Below are positions 25,712 to 35,379 of a DNA stretch of 64,000 bases, piece by piece (position 1 is the first letter of the stretch; the number at the start of each line of letters is the position of its first letter). The notes under the pieces are model-generated. The model had not been told where the DNA came from, made no database searches, and was given only the letters and a program-made list of their open reading frames with translations. A program made the translations under genes and the position numbers. This DNA is from Acutalibacteraceae bacterium (lineage in GTDB: Bacteria; Bacillota; Clostridia; Oscillospirales; Acutalibacteraceae): assembly GCA_045544035.1 (NCBI GenBank), contig JAZPYE010000002.1, positions 7,898 through 71,897 on the forward strand, read 5' to 3'.

Positions 25712-26677
25712 CTATTCCCTACCAATAAAAATTACTTCTGGCTCAAGGGTGACGCCCGTTTTCTCACAAACGGTTTCCTGAACCTTTTTAATGAGGCATA
25801 GCACATCCTTTGCGGTGGCGCCGCCCTTGTTTATAACAAAGCCTGCGTGCTTAACGCTTACCTCGGCGCCGCCAACCGAAGCGCCCTTTAAACCGCATTG
25901 TTCAATAAGAGTTCCTGCAAAATAACCCTCGGGGCGCTTAAAGGTGCTGCCTGCACTTGGAAATTCAAGGGGCTGTTTATCCTTTCGGCGCTTCAAAATT
26001 TCGGTCATTGAGGCCTTTATTTCCTCTGTATTGCCCTTTTCAAGCTTGAAAACCGCTTCGATAACGGTGGCGTTGTTTTTCTGAAAGGCACTGCTTCTGT
26101 AAGAAAGGCAAAGCTCATCACCAAAAAGTGTGAAAATTTCGCCATCACTGTTTACCGCCGTAACACTTTCCAAAACATCCTTCATTTCGCCGCCGTAGGC
26201 GCCTGCGTTCATAAAAACTGCGCCGCCAACACTACCGGGAATTCCAAAGGCAAATTCAAGACCCGAAAGGCCCTCATTTGCGGCAAAGGTGCAAAGAGCC
26301 GCAAGGTTTGCGCCTGCCCCCACAGTTATCTTTTCACCCGAAACGGTCATCTTATTTAAATTTTCAAGGCAAATCACAACACCCTCAATGCCCTTATCGG
26401 AAACAAGCAGGTTACTTCCCTTGCCAAGAATGGTAACAGGAACATTTTCCGCCTTGCAAAGGGAAAAGACTCTAACGAATTCCTCCCCACTTCCAACGCT
26501 TACAAATACATCGGCCGCACCGCCGATTTTAAAACTTGTGTGGCGGTGCATGGGCTCATTTTCGAGAAAATTTATGTTTGCCTTTTTAAACTCACTTTTT
26601 AAATGGTTTAAATCGTAAATCAAAACATCACTACCTGTAAAGTTTATCAAGGAATGCGGCACCGATAATGCCTGCAT
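25712..26677 (-). CDS. murB: UDP-N-acetylenolpyruvoylglucosamine reductase; start uncertain
   Basis: FAD-binding domain (HTSFKIGGAADVF, LGKGSNLL) and the C-terminal MurB domain. The ORF-track start overlaps glcK by 47 nt. A TTG at 26623 would remove the overlap. Confidence 0.9.
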   Translation of the reverse strand: MQALSVPHSLINFTGSDVLIYDLNHLKSEFKKANINFLENEPMHRHTSFKIGGAADVFVSVGSGEEFVRVFSLCKAENVPVTILGKGSNLLVSDKGIEGVVICLENLNKMTVSGEKITVGAGANLAALCTFAANEGLSGLEFAFGIPGSVGGAVFMNAGAYGGEMKDVLESVTAVNSDGEIFTLFGDELCLSYRSSAFQKNNATVIEAVFKLEKGNTEEIKASMTEILKRRKDKQPLEFPSAGSTFKRPEGYFAGTLIEQCGLKGASVGGAEVSVKHAGFVINKGGATAKDVLCLIKKVQETVCEKTGVTLEPEVIFIGRE

Positions 26678-27587
26678 CGTTGCCTAAAGCAGCAACTTTA
26701 ACAACGGTTTGTCTTTCAATGTTCTTGGAAAATCGCCCATTTTCTACAAATTGGGTAATAGGCTTTGTGAGAACGTCGCCCTCTTTTGAGATGCCTCCGC
26801 CAATACATAATACTTCGGGCTGGAAAATGTTTATTACATTTGTGATGCCAATAGCAATATAGCGAATATACTCCTTCACAACCTTTATACCCGATTCATC
26901 GCCCTCGCGCATTGCATCAAAGGCGGTTTTTCCGTTTACACGGTTAATGTCACCTTCACACAGCTTCCACATTATGCTTTGCTTGTTAGCTTCCATTTCT
27001 GCCTTTGTTTGGCGAATGAGGGCCGTTGCCGAAGCATAGGTTTCCCAGCAGCCCTTTCTGCCGCAGGTGCAGGCTTCCCCATCAATAACAATAACAGTGT
27101 GGCCAAGCTCGCCCCCCGCATTATTTGAGCCGGAATAAATTTTACCATCAATAATAATTCCACTGCCAACACCTGTGCCAAGTGTAATGGCAACAAAATT
27201 TTTGCAGCCCTTACCTGCACCTGCCAAAAGCTCGCCATAGGCTGCGGCGTTAGCATCATTTTCAATATAAAAATCAACGCCAAGGCGCTCCTTCATCATT
27301 GCGCAAAGGGGCAGGTTAGAAAATTTAAGATTGTTAGAGGTTGCAACAATGCCCTTTGAGGGAACTACCGAACCGGGGGAACCGATTCCCATTGCAGTAA
27401 TTTCACTAATGTCAATGCCTGCATCCTTAATTGCCATACGGGCAGCCTTTGCCATATCATCGGCAATTTCATCGTTTGAACGGTGGGCGCCTGTTTTTAC
27501 CTTGCCCGTGCCGATAATTTTATAATCCTCATCAACAACACCTGCTGCAATGTTGGTGCCGCCTAAATCAATTCCTAATCTGTACAT
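26631..27587 (-). CDS. glcK: ROK family glucokinase
   Basis: 318 aa. LGIDLGGTNIAAG ATP motif and the ROK zinc motif GHTVIVIDGEACTCGRKGCWE. Confidence 0.88.
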   Translation of the reverse strand: MYRLGIDLGGTNIAAGVVDEDYKIIGTGKVKTGAHRSNDEIADDMAKAARMAIKDAGIDISEITAMGIGSPGSVVPSKGIVATSNNLKFSNLPLCAMMKERLGVDFYIENDANAAAYGELLAGAGKGCKNFVAITLGTGVGSGIIIDGKIYSGSNNAGGELGHTVIVIDGEACTCGRKGCWETYASATALIRQTKAEMEANKQSIMWKLCEGDINRVNGKTAFDAMREGDESGIKVVKEYIRYIAIGITNVINIFQPEVLCIGGGISKEGDVLTKPITQFVENGRFSKNIERQTVVKVAALGNDAGIIGAAFLDKLYR

Positions 27588-27601
27588 TTAAATTTCTCCT
27601 T

Positions 27602-28564
27602 TTAGAATGCTTTAACCTGTGTTTCTCCTGCAGGCTTCATATCCTCCGACATACCAAGGCGAGAGAGCAAATCTTCTGCCGCATTGTAGCCAAGCTTTTT
27701 CTGACGGTTGTTCATTGCCGCAACCTCAATTATAACGGCGAGATTTCGGCCGGGTTTTACGGGAATGGTAACCGAGGGAATTTCCAAATCCAGAATGTTG
27801 GTGGTTTTGTTTTCAAGACCCATTCGGTCATAAACCTTGTTAACATCCCACGGTTCGAGATTCACAATCATATCAATTTTCTCGGTAAGTTTTACCGCGC
27901 CCACACCGAAAATACGGCTGGCGTTTATAATGCCAATGCCCCGAAGCTCAATAAAGTGGCGAATATTATCGGGGGCTGTGCCAACAAGTGATTTGCTGGA
28001 AACACGCCTGATTTCAACAGCATCATCGGCAATAAGCCTGTGACCGCGTTTAACAAGTTCAATGGCCGTTTCACTTTTTCCAACACCGCTCTCTCCTAGA
28101 AGCAGGATACCCTCGCCGTAAACCTCAACAAGAACACCGTGGCGGGTGACTCTCGGTGCCAACTGAACATTTAAAAACGCAATGAGAGCCGAGGTGAATT
28201 CCGATGTGGAATCCTTTGTGCGCAGAAGCGGAACACCATATTTTTCAGCCGATGCCTTGTAAATTTCCTGCAGTGGCAAATTCCTTGTAACAATAACGGC
28301 ACAAGGGCACTTTGCAAAGAAGGCATCTACCCTCTTTTCTCTTTCGGCCTCGGAAAATTTGGTTATGTAGGCCTCTTCACTTTTGCCGATAATCTGAATT
28401 CTGTCAGCATCAAAAAATTCATAATAGCCTGCAAGCTGGAGACCCGGACGGTTTATCTCAGTGTTTTCAATCACTATATCCTGCGCTTCTTGGGGCAGAT
28501 AAAGCGTTTCAAGAGAAAACTCATCCATAATTCTCTTCAGCGTAACAGAAAAGCCTGAATCCAT
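27602..28564 (-). CDS. hprK: HPr kinase/phosphorylase
   Basis: Start at ATG 28564, with GAGGTG 7 nt upstream. P-loop GESGVGKSE and the signature ELRGIGIIN. Confidence 0.93.
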   Translation of the reverse strand: MDSGFSVTLKRIMDEFSLETLYLPQEAQDIVIENTEINRPGLQLAGYYEFFDADRIQIIGKSEEAYITKFSEAEREKRVDAFFAKCPCAVIVTRNLPLQEIYKASAEKYGVPLLRTKDSTSEFTSALIAFLNVQLAPRVTRHGVLVEVYGEGILLLGESGVGKSETAIELVKRGHRLIADDAVEIRRVSSKSLVGTAPDNIRHFIELRGIGIINASRIFGVGAVKLTEKIDMIVNLEPWDVNKVYDRMGLENKTTNILDLEIPSVTIPVKPGRNLAVIIEVAAMNNRQKKLGYNAAEDLLSRLGMSEDMKPAGETQVKAF

Positions 28565-28640
28565 GCCAAACACCTCACTAATAATATCATTTAATTTATT
28601 ATAACCCATATTGATAAAAAAGAAAAGATATTTATTTCTC

Positions 28641-28669
28641 TTGCTATTACAAAATTTCCGCTGTATAAT
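28641..28669 (+). promoter_or_regulatory. Sigma-A type promoter of ychF
   Basis: TTGCTA (28641-28646), a 17-nt spacer, then TGTATAAT (TATAAT = 28664-28669). Confidence 0.5.
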
Positions 28670-28709
28670 TGTAAAAAATGAATGTTTTTTACCTAAAGGA
28701 GCTACTTTT

Positions 28710-29804
28710 ATGAAACTTGGTATCGTGGGTTTGCCCAACGTTGGTAAATCAACACTTTTTAATGCTATTACAAACGCAGGGGCGCAGTCGGCAAACTATC
28801 CCTTTTGCACCATTGAGCCAAACGTTGGAATGGTTTGTGTGCCCGATGAAAGAATGGATGCCCTGGCAAAGCTTTACAACCCCGAAAAATTCACCCCTGC
28901 GGTTATTGAATTCGTTGACATTGCAGGTCTTGTAAAGGGTGCATCAAAGGGCGAGGGCCTTGGCAACAAATTCCTTTCCCACATAAGGGAGGTTGATGCC
29001 GTTGTTCATGTTGTGCGCTGTTTTGAAAACGATGATATTATTCACGTTGAGGGCAGTGTTGACCCCGAAAGAGATATTGAAATCATTAACCTTGAACTTA
29101 TTTTCTCTGATATGGAAATGGTTCAGCGCCGCCTTGACCGTGCCACAAAAGCCCTTAAGGGTGACAAAGGAATGCAGACCGAGGTTGACTTTTTAAAGCG
29201 CCTGCTTGCCGCTTTAGAGCAAGGCATTCCCGCCCGCGCTGTGGAAGCCGATGAGACCGAGCAGGAGATTTTAAACACCACGGCACTGCTTTCCTCAAAG
29301 CCTGTTATTTACGCCTGCAATATGAGCGAGGATGACTTTAAGAATAACATTGAGGAAAATGTCCGTTTTAAAAAGGTGAAGGAAATCGCCGCAAAGGAAA
29401 ATGCACAAACCCTTCCCATTTGCGCTTCCCTTGAATCGGAAATTGCAGGTCTTGATTATGAAGAGAAAATCCTTTTCCTTGAGGATTTGGGACTTGAGCA
29501 ATCAGGCCTTGACCGCCTTATTAAAACCTGCTATTCCCTTTTAGGTCTGATTTCTTTCCTTACTGCAGGCCAGCCTGAGGTTAGAGCCTGGACCATTAAG
29601 GAGGGCACCAAGGCACCTCAAGCCGCAGGCAAAATTCACTCGGATTTTGAGCGTGGCTTTATTAGAGCCGAAGTTATTGCCTCCAATAAGCTTATGGAAT
29701 GCGGCAGCATGGTAGCGGCCCGAGAAAAGGGCCTTGTTCGAAGCGAAGGCAAGGAATATGTTATGCAGGATGGCGATGTTGTTCTGTTCCGCTTTAATGT
29801 TTAA
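28710..29804 (+). CDS. ychF: Ribosome-binding ATPase YchF
   Basis: Start at ATG 28710 after [26 protein letters not shown] and the C-terminal TGS-like domain. Confidence 0.95.
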   Translation: MKLGIVGLPNVGKSTLFNAITNAGAQSANYPFCTIEPNVGMVCVPDERMDALAKLYNPEKFTPAVIEFVDIAGLVKGASKGEGLGNKFLSHIREVDAVVHVVRCFENDDIIHVEGSVDPERDIEIINLELIFSDMEMVQRRLDRATKALKGDKGMQTEVDFLKRLLAALEQGIPARAVEADETEQEILNTTALLSSKPVIYACNMSEDDFKNNIEENVRFKKVKEIAAKENAQTLPICASLESEIAGLDYEEKILFLEDLGLEQSGLDRLIKTCYSLLGLISFLTAGQPEVRAWTIKEGTKAPQAAGKIHSDFERGFIRAEVIASNKLMECGSMVAAREKGLVRSEGKEYVMQDGDVVLFRFNV

Positions 29805-29811
29805 TCTTTTT

Positions 29812-29843
29812 ACCCGATATCCTGTGGTATCGGGTGTTTTTTT
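29812..29843 (+). terminator. Rho-independent terminator after ychF
   Basis: ACCCGATA-TCCTGTGG-TATCGGGT followed by GTTTTTTT. Confidence 0.75.
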
Positions 29844-29857
29844 GCACATAATACCCT

Positions 29858-30259
29858 TTGGGTGATTGTGTTTTGAAAAAATTAAAGGTTTTTTCCCTTA
29901 TGTTTTTAATTGGCGGTGTGGGATATAATTTTATTGAAATTTTGTGGCGGGGCTACACCCACATTTCAATGTTTTTTGCAGGCGGAATTTGCTTTAATGC
30001 CTTTGCCGCAATCGGCAAAAATTCGGCAAAGCACAAGCTAATTTCTCTCGCCGCCCTCGGGGCTTTGACTGTAACGGCGGTTGAATTTATAACGGGGTGC
30101 ATTGTTAATTTGTGGCTTAAAAAGAAGGTTTGGGACTACAGCAATATGCCCTTTAACCTGCTCGGTCAAATTTGCCCCCTTTTCACCCTTCTTTGGGGGA
30201 TTTTGAGCCTTTTCGCCATTCCTTTTTCGGCAAAAATCCACAAAACTCTCACTGAATAA
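29858..30259 (+). CDS. Small polytopic membrane protein (DUF1113 / putative ABC-transporter type IV-like); start uncertain
   Basis: 133 aa with four hydrophobic segments and a W..E/WDYS-type motif (KKKVWDYSNMPFNL). Confidence 0.55.
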   Translation: MGDCVLKKLKVFSLMFLIGGVGYNFIEILWRGYTHISMFFAGGICFNAFAAIGKNSAKHKLISLAALGALTVTAVEFITGCIVNLWLKKKVWDYSNMPFNLLGQICPLFTLLWGILSLFAIPFSAKIHKTLTE

Positions 30260-30312
30260 TATATTTGCAAATTGTTTATTATGTGTTAGAATATTTTAAG
30301 GGGTGAAGTCTC

Positions 30313-31344
30313 TTGACCGATTTATGGAGTTATCTTAAAAACTGTGAAAAGCCTATTGTTATTTACGGCACGGGCAACGGCGCCGATAAGGTTATTGACC
30401 GTTTAAACGCCGACAAAACAAAAATCAGTGGAATTTTTGCAAGTGATGGCTTTAAAAAAGGCAAAATTTTTAGAGGCTTTACCGTTTCCGCCTACAGTGA
30501 GCTTGCCGAAAAGCACCCCGAAATGGTCATTGTTATGTGCTTTGGCTCAAGCATAATTGAGGTTATTGACAACATAAAGCGGTTAATGCAAAAACACACC
30601 GTTTTCGTTGCCGATGTTCCGGTTTACGGTGACAACATTTTCGACCTTGCCTTTGCAAGGGAAAATGCCGAAAAAATCAAAGCGGTATATTCCCTTTTAA
30701 ATGATGAACTGTCAAAAAAGGTTTTCGAAAACACCATTCTTTTTAAGCTTACGGGAAAGCCTCACTATCTTTTTGAAATCGAAACGCCGAGAAGCGAGGT
30801 TTTTTCCCTTCTCGGTTTGAATGATAAGGAAAATTTTCTTGACCTTGGAGCATACAACGGCGACACGGTTCTTGAGTTTACCCAAAATGTGAAGAACTAT
30901 TCCGCCATTACGGCGCTTGAGCCTGACAGCAGGAATTTCAGGAAACTGTGCGAAAACACAAGCTCTCTTAAAAATATGCTTTGCATTAACGGTGCGGCGG
31001 GTGAATTTTGTGGAAAATCAAATATTTCCTCACAGCACGGCCGTGGAGTAAACCTTGGTGCGGGAAATACCGAAATTGACACCTTTACCATTGATGCTTT
31101 AAGTAAAAAAAATCCCCCGACATTCATTAAAATTGATGTCGAGGGTGCTGAATCAGGTGTTCTTGATGGTGGCAAAAGCACCATTTCGGCTTTAAAACCT
31201 AAAATGCACATTGCGGTTTATCACAGGAGTGAGGATATTTTTGAAATCCCTTTAAAAATCCACAAGCTGTGCCCAACCTATAAAATTTTTATGCGCCACC
31301 ACACCTATCTTCCGGCGTGGGACACAAACATTATTGTTATTTAA
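30313..31344 (+). CDS. FkbM family SAM-dependent methyltransferase
   Basis: 343 aa, TTG start after AAGGGGTGA. Motifs FLDLGAYNGDTVLEF and FIKIDVEGAE. Confidence 0.8.
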   Translation: MTDLWSYLKNCEKPIVIYGTGNGADKVIDRLNADKTKISGIFASDGFKKGKIFRGFTVSAYSELAEKHPEMVIVMCFGSSIIEVIDNIKRLMQKHTVFVADVPVYGDNIFDLAFARENAEKIKAVYSLLNDELSKKVFENTILFKLTGKPHYLFEIETPRSEVFSLLGLNDKENFLDLGAYNGDTVLEFTQNVKNYSAITALEPDSRNFRKLCENTSSLKNMLCINGAAGEFCGKSNISSQHGRGVNLGAGNTEIDTFTIDALSKKNPPTFIKIDVEGAESGVLDGGKSTISALKPKMHIAVYHRSEDIFEIPLKIHKLCPTYKIFMRHHTYLPAWDTNIIVI

Positions 31345-31978
31345 AAACTTCCATTTTATCATTATAAAGCTTGCCACGGCAAATTTTATACTCGGGAAGA
31401 GCCTCTCCCATTGCCGATAAAACAAGCTGGGGATTAACATTATCCTTACCCCCTGCAGGCAGGGTGATTTTTAAAACTGTGTTTTCCCCTTGGGTTATGG
31501 AAAAAGCCTTTATTTTGGGTGCAATATCCAATTCGGATATTGCGCCCTTTTTGCTTTTTTTGGAAACCTTTATTTCCTCTGAATTCAAAAAGTCATTAAG
31601 GCTAACCGCAAAGGTCTCATCGGTGGTGTCAAAGGTGATTTCAAAATCCGCAAAGGCTATCTCCCCTGCTTTCATTTGGGGCTCGATTAAATCAACAATC
31701 CTTATGTAGGGTGGGAAAACGCCTTCAAGCGCCTGCATAGCTGAAGATAGTGAATAATTATCATCCTCAAAGCGGAAATCCATAATCTCATAATTGCTTT
31801 CAAAGCCTAAAGAAAGGGGCAAGGCGAAGGTTACATAAATGTGCTTGTTAAAGCCCTCGGTGTACCACACAGGGATTTTTGATTTTTGAATCATTCGGGA
31901 CATAAAACGGGTCATATCAAGGTGAGAAACAAAACGCATTCGGTCTTTTTTCTCGTAAATCAGCCTAACGTTTTTCAT
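31337..31978 (-). CDS. Radical-SAM-associated protein (TIGR03936 / DUF2344 family)
   Basis: Start at ATG 31978 after GGAGAGGG. MRFVSHLDMTRFMSRM is typical of DUF2344. Overlaps the upstream radical SAM gene by 14 nt. Confidence 0.8.
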   Translation of the reverse strand: MKNVRLIYEKKDRMRFVSHLDMTRFMSRMIQKSKIPVWYTEGFNKHIYVTFALPLSLGFESNYEIMDFRFEDDNYSLSSAMQALEGVFPPYIRIVDLIEPQMKAGEIAFADFEITFDTTDETFAVSLNDFLNSEEIKVSKKSKKGAISELDIAPKIKAFSITQGENTVLKITLPAGGKDNVNPQLVLSAMGEALPEYKICRGKLYNDKMEVFK

Positions 31979-33809
31979 AGCACACACCCTCTCCGTAGCA
32001 ATTTGCACCGCAGGCCGCACAGGAAATGCGGCAGTTGGGTGTTGTTACGGCTTTTTTGGCAAGCTCATTTTGCCTTATAAAAAATTCCTTGGTAACACCA
32101 TAATCAAAATGCTCCCACGGGAAAATCTCATCAAAGTCCCTTGCACGGTTGGCATAAAATGCAGTGTCTACACCGCACTCGCTAAATGCCTCAAGCCATT
32201 TTTCAATTTTGAAGCACTCACTCCAGCCGTCAAGCCTGCAGCCCTTTTTAAAGGCACTTAAAATGACCTCGCCCAGCCTTCTATCTCCTCGGGCAAAAAC
32301 GCCCTCTAAAAAGCTTGTGGGGGAATCGTGATAGCTGAGAGTGACCTTTTTAGTGGTGATGCAGGATTTTAAATATTCCTGGCGGCGCCTTATTTCATCT
32401 CGGGTTATCTGAGGCTCAAACTGGAAAGGAGTGAACGGCTTTGGCACAAAGGTGGAAACACTGACGCTGACATTAACGCTCTTGCCCTTTGGTCTATCAG
32501 GCAAACGGTAAAATTCATTAACCACCCTTTGAGCAAGGTCGGCAATGCCCTTTAAATCCTCATCGGTTTCGGTGGGCAGGCCCAGCATAAAATAAAGTTT
32601 AACATTTGTATAGCCGCCTTTAAATGCCATTCGGCAGGTGGAAATAATTTCCTCCTCGGTAATATTTTTATTGATAACATCGCGAAGGCGTTGTGTGCCC
32701 GCTTCGGGAGCAAAGGTTAGGCCGCTTTTTCTAACATACTGAATTTTTTCCAGCAGCTCCTCGGAAAAGTTATCAATTCTAAGACTTGGAAGAGAAAGGC
32801 TTATATTTCTTTCTTGGGTCCAGTCAAGCATTTTATTAAGCAGTGGCTCAATTTCCCTATAATCACTGGTACTTAGCGATGAAAGGGAAATTTCATCATA
32901 GCCTGTTGACTCGCAAAGTGCCTTTGCCTGATTATTAACGGTATCGGCACTTTTTTCTCTTACAGGGCGGTAGATAAAGCCTGCCTGGCAAAAACGGCAG
33001 CCTCTTATACAGCCACGGTAGATTTCCTGAACGGCACGGTCGTGAACAATTTCTATGTAAGGCACAACAAAGCTTTCAGGGTAAAACACCTTGTCCATAT
33101 CCTTAATAATTCTTTTTTCAATAACGGCAGGGGCATTTTCCCTTGGTGTGATGCTTTTAATTGTGCCATCGATGTTATATTCAAAATCATAAAGGCTGGG
33201 CACATAAACACCCTTAATTTGTGCCGCTTCCCTTAAAAACTCTTGCTTGGTTGAGCCCTTTGCCTTGTGAATTTTATAAAGGTCAATAAGCTCCAAATCC
33301 ACCTCTTCGCCCTCACCTAAAAAGAAAAGGTCAACAAAATCGGCAAGGGGTTCGCAGTTGCAAGTACACGGGCCGCCTGCCACAACGAGGGGGGAAAGTG
33401 AATGCCTATCCTTTGATTTTAGAGGAATTTTTGCAAGGTCAAGCATATTGAGAACATTGGTGTAGGAAAGTTCATACTGAAGCGTAAAGCCTACAATGTC
33501 AAAATCACAAACAGGGTCACGACTCTCAAGGGCAAAAAGAGAAATATCCTTTTCACGCATTACCTGCTCAAAATCTGTCCAGGGGGCAAAAACCCTTTCA
33601 CACCAAATATCATCGCGGGCATTAAACTGTGAATAAAGAATTTTCATGCCAAGGTGGGACATACCGATTTCATAGATGTCGGGAAAGCAAAAGGCAAACC
33701 TTACATCTACGCTATTTTTATCCTTTATTACGCTGTTAATTTCACCGCCTGAATATCTTCCCGGTTTTTGAACCGTTAAAAGCAGTGCTTCAAGTTGTTT
33801 TTGTTCCAT
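31965..33809 (-). CDS. B12-binding-domain radical SAM protein (TIGR03960 family)
   Basis: 614 aa with the cluster motif CIRGCRFCQAG. It has an N-terminal B12-binding-like domain and is conserved next to its DUF2344 partner. Confidence 0.85.
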   Translation of the reverse strand: MEQKQLEALLLTVQKPGRYSGGEINSVIKDKNSVDVRFAFCFPDIYEIGMSHLGMKILYSQFNARDDIWCERVFAPWTDFEQVMREKDISLFALESRDPVCDFDIVGFTLQYELSYTNVLNMLDLAKIPLKSKDRHSLSPLVVAGGPCTCNCEPLADFVDLFFLGEGEEVDLELIDLYKIHKAKGSTKQEFLREAAQIKGVYVPSLYDFEYNIDGTIKSITPRENAPAVIEKRIIKDMDKVFYPESFVVPYIEIVHDRAVQEIYRGCIRGCRFCQAGFIYRPVREKSADTVNNQAKALCESTGYDEISLSSLSTSDYREIEPLLNKMLDWTQERNISLSLPSLRIDNFSEELLEKIQYVRKSGLTFAPEAGTQRLRDVINKNITEEEIISTCRMAFKGGYTNVKLYFMLGLPTETDEDLKGIADLAQRVVNEFYRLPDRPKGKSVNVSVSVSTFVPKPFTPFQFEPQITRDEIRRRQEYLKSCITTKKVTLSYHDSPTSFLEGVFARGDRRLGEVILSAFKKGCRLDGWSECFKIEKWLEAFSECGVDTAFYANRARDFDEIFPWEHFDYGVTKEFFIRQNELAKKAVTTPNCRISCAACGANCYGEGVCYEKR

Positions 33810-33871
33810 AAAGGGCTCCTTAAAGAATTGATTACTTCAATTATTCTATCACAAAAAGCCCTTTAAAACAA

Positions 33872-34465
33872 CTACATTTTGATTATTACCCCCATAATCA
33901 CATAAAGTCCCAAAACGGCCAAAGAAAGGTTGATTTTTCCCATTAAAATGCCCGAAACGCCGAGGAAAACCGCAAGGGCGCCGCAAAGAAGGGATAAAAT
34001 ATCGAGAATTACCTCGCATTTTGAGGCTGACACAACTTTTGTAAGCATTAGATAAATAATGCTGCCCCCATCAAGACCGCGAACGGGAAGCAAATTAAAG
34101 GCAAAAATAAGCAGGTTAATTGCCGAAAAGCTGATAAAAAATGGCACCTTTAAAAAATAATAAAGCATAAATGCAAGCGCCGCAAAAAGCAAATTTGAAA
34201 GGGGACCTGAAAGGAGGATAAAAAGCTCTCCTTCCTTTTTTACGCCAAAGCCCCTTACAATTTGGATACTGCCGGGAATGAGGTTGATTTTTTTAGGCTG
34301 GCAGTGCAGTACAAACATTGCCGCAAGGTGACCCGCTTCGTGAAAAGCGGTGGCTAAAAAAACCGGCAAAATAAAGCCTGTCTTATCAATAATCAGTGCA
34401 AGGGTTAAAACCGCCATAAAGAAAAAAGAAACATTTATTTCGGTTGAAAAAATTTTAAATTTCAT
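33872..34465 (-). CDS. M50 family site-2 metalloprotease (SpoIVFB-like)
   Basis: Start at ATG 34465 overlaps the upstream TGA (ATGA). Motifs HEAGH and NLLPVRGLDGG, with multiple TM segments. Confidence 0.8.
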   Translation of the reverse strand: MKFKIFSTEINVSFFFMAVLTLALIIDKTGFILPVFLATAFHEAGHLAAMFVLHCQPKKINLIPGSIQIVRGFGVKKEGELFILLSGPLSNLLFAALAFMLYYFLKVPFFISFSAINLLIFAFNLLPVRGLDGGSIIYLMLTKVVSASKCEVILDILSLLCGALAVFLGVSGILMGKINLSLAVLGLYVIMGVIIKM

Positions 34466-35169
34466 TTGCTTAAAAACCACTGTGGGTCAAGACGTGCTCC
34501 GCCCACTATTATTTCAAAATGCAGGTGTGGTCCCGTTGACCTGCCAGTGCTGCCAACCTTTGCCACACACTCCTCCGCTTTCACACTTTGACCCTCATTA
34601 ACCGTTATCTTGCTGCAGTGTGCATAAAGGGTGTAAAATTCCTCGGAATGGCGGATTTTAACAAAGTTGCCGTAACCGCCTTCTTCATAGCCAACCTCCT
34701 CAACAACTCCAGCCATAACCGATAAAACATCGGTGCCGCTGTTTGCCGCAATGTCAAGACCCTGGTGTGTGGCAGGAGCGTTTGTAAAGGGGTCTGCCCT
34801 TCCCCCAAATTCCGATGTAACAAAGCCGCTGACCGGCCACGGCATTGTGTTTGATACCTCGGTTTCTTCTTTGGTTATTTCGCTTTTTTCTTCGGTTTTT
34901 GAGGGTCTTGCCTCTGAACCCTCAGCGGTGGTGTTTGTTATGACTACCTGCGGCTCGGTTTCCTTAATTTCGTTTTCCAAATCGTTATCCTTTAAAACCT
35001 CATTTACATTGGTGTTGGTTTCAAAATTAGCCCTGTACCAATTTCCAAATTCACCGTAAACATTACCGCCAAGGGCCTTGACGGTAAGCACTGAAAGGAT
35101 TATTAAAAAAACGACGGTGCACTGAAGAAGTATTATTGCAAATTTGGGGTCCTTTAATAATTTTTCCAT
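34462..35169 (-). CDS. M23 family metallopeptidase with an N-terminal membrane anchor (SpoIVFA position)
   Basis: 235 aa. N-terminal TM segment. Motifs HQGLDIAA and GSTGRSTGPHLHFEI. Confidence 0.8.
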   Translation of the reverse strand: MEKLLKDPKFAIILLQCTVVFLIILSVLTVKALGGNVYGEFGNWYRANFETNTNVNEVLKDNDLENEIKETEPQVVITNTTAEGSEARPSKTEEKSEITKEETEVSNTMPWPVSGFVTSEFGGRADPFTNAPATHQGLDIAANSGTDVLSVMAGVVEEVGYEEGGYGNFVKIRHSEEFYTLYAHCSKITVNEGQSVKAEECVAKVGSTGRSTGPHLHFEIIVGGARLDPQWFLSK

Positions 35170-35224
35170 GACATTCTCGTTCCCTTCTTTTTTATATAAA
35201 TATATTTTAAAGGGAGTCGAGATA

Positions 35225-35262
35225 TGATAAAAGCGACCGCATCTTTTTGATGCGGTCGCTTT
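35225..35262 (-). terminator. Hairpin terminator downstream of spoVM
   Basis: AAGCGACCGCATC-TTTTT-GATGCGGTCGCTT with T/A-rich flanks on both sides. Confidence 0.6.
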
Positions 35263-35270
35263 ATGTATTT

Positions 35271-35357
35271 TTAATTATCTTGCCTTTTTTTAATGCCGAA
35301 GAACATTCTGAGTATTCCGCTTAAAAACTTAGGACTTTTAACCAAAACAACCTTCAT
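35271..35357 (-). CDS. spoVM: Stage V sporulation protein M (28 aa; below the ORF-track cutoff)
   Basis: Own translation: MKVVLVKSPKFLSGILRMFFGIKKRQDN. This compares with B. subtilis SpoVM, recalled as roughly MKFYTIKLPKFLGGIVRAMLGSFRKD. GGAGG lies about 10 nt upstream, and a terminator follows. Confidence 0.8.
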   Translation of the reverse strand: MKVVLVKSPKFLSGILRMFFGIKKRQDN

Positions 35358-35379
35358 TAAAGCAAACCTCCGTCAGTGT

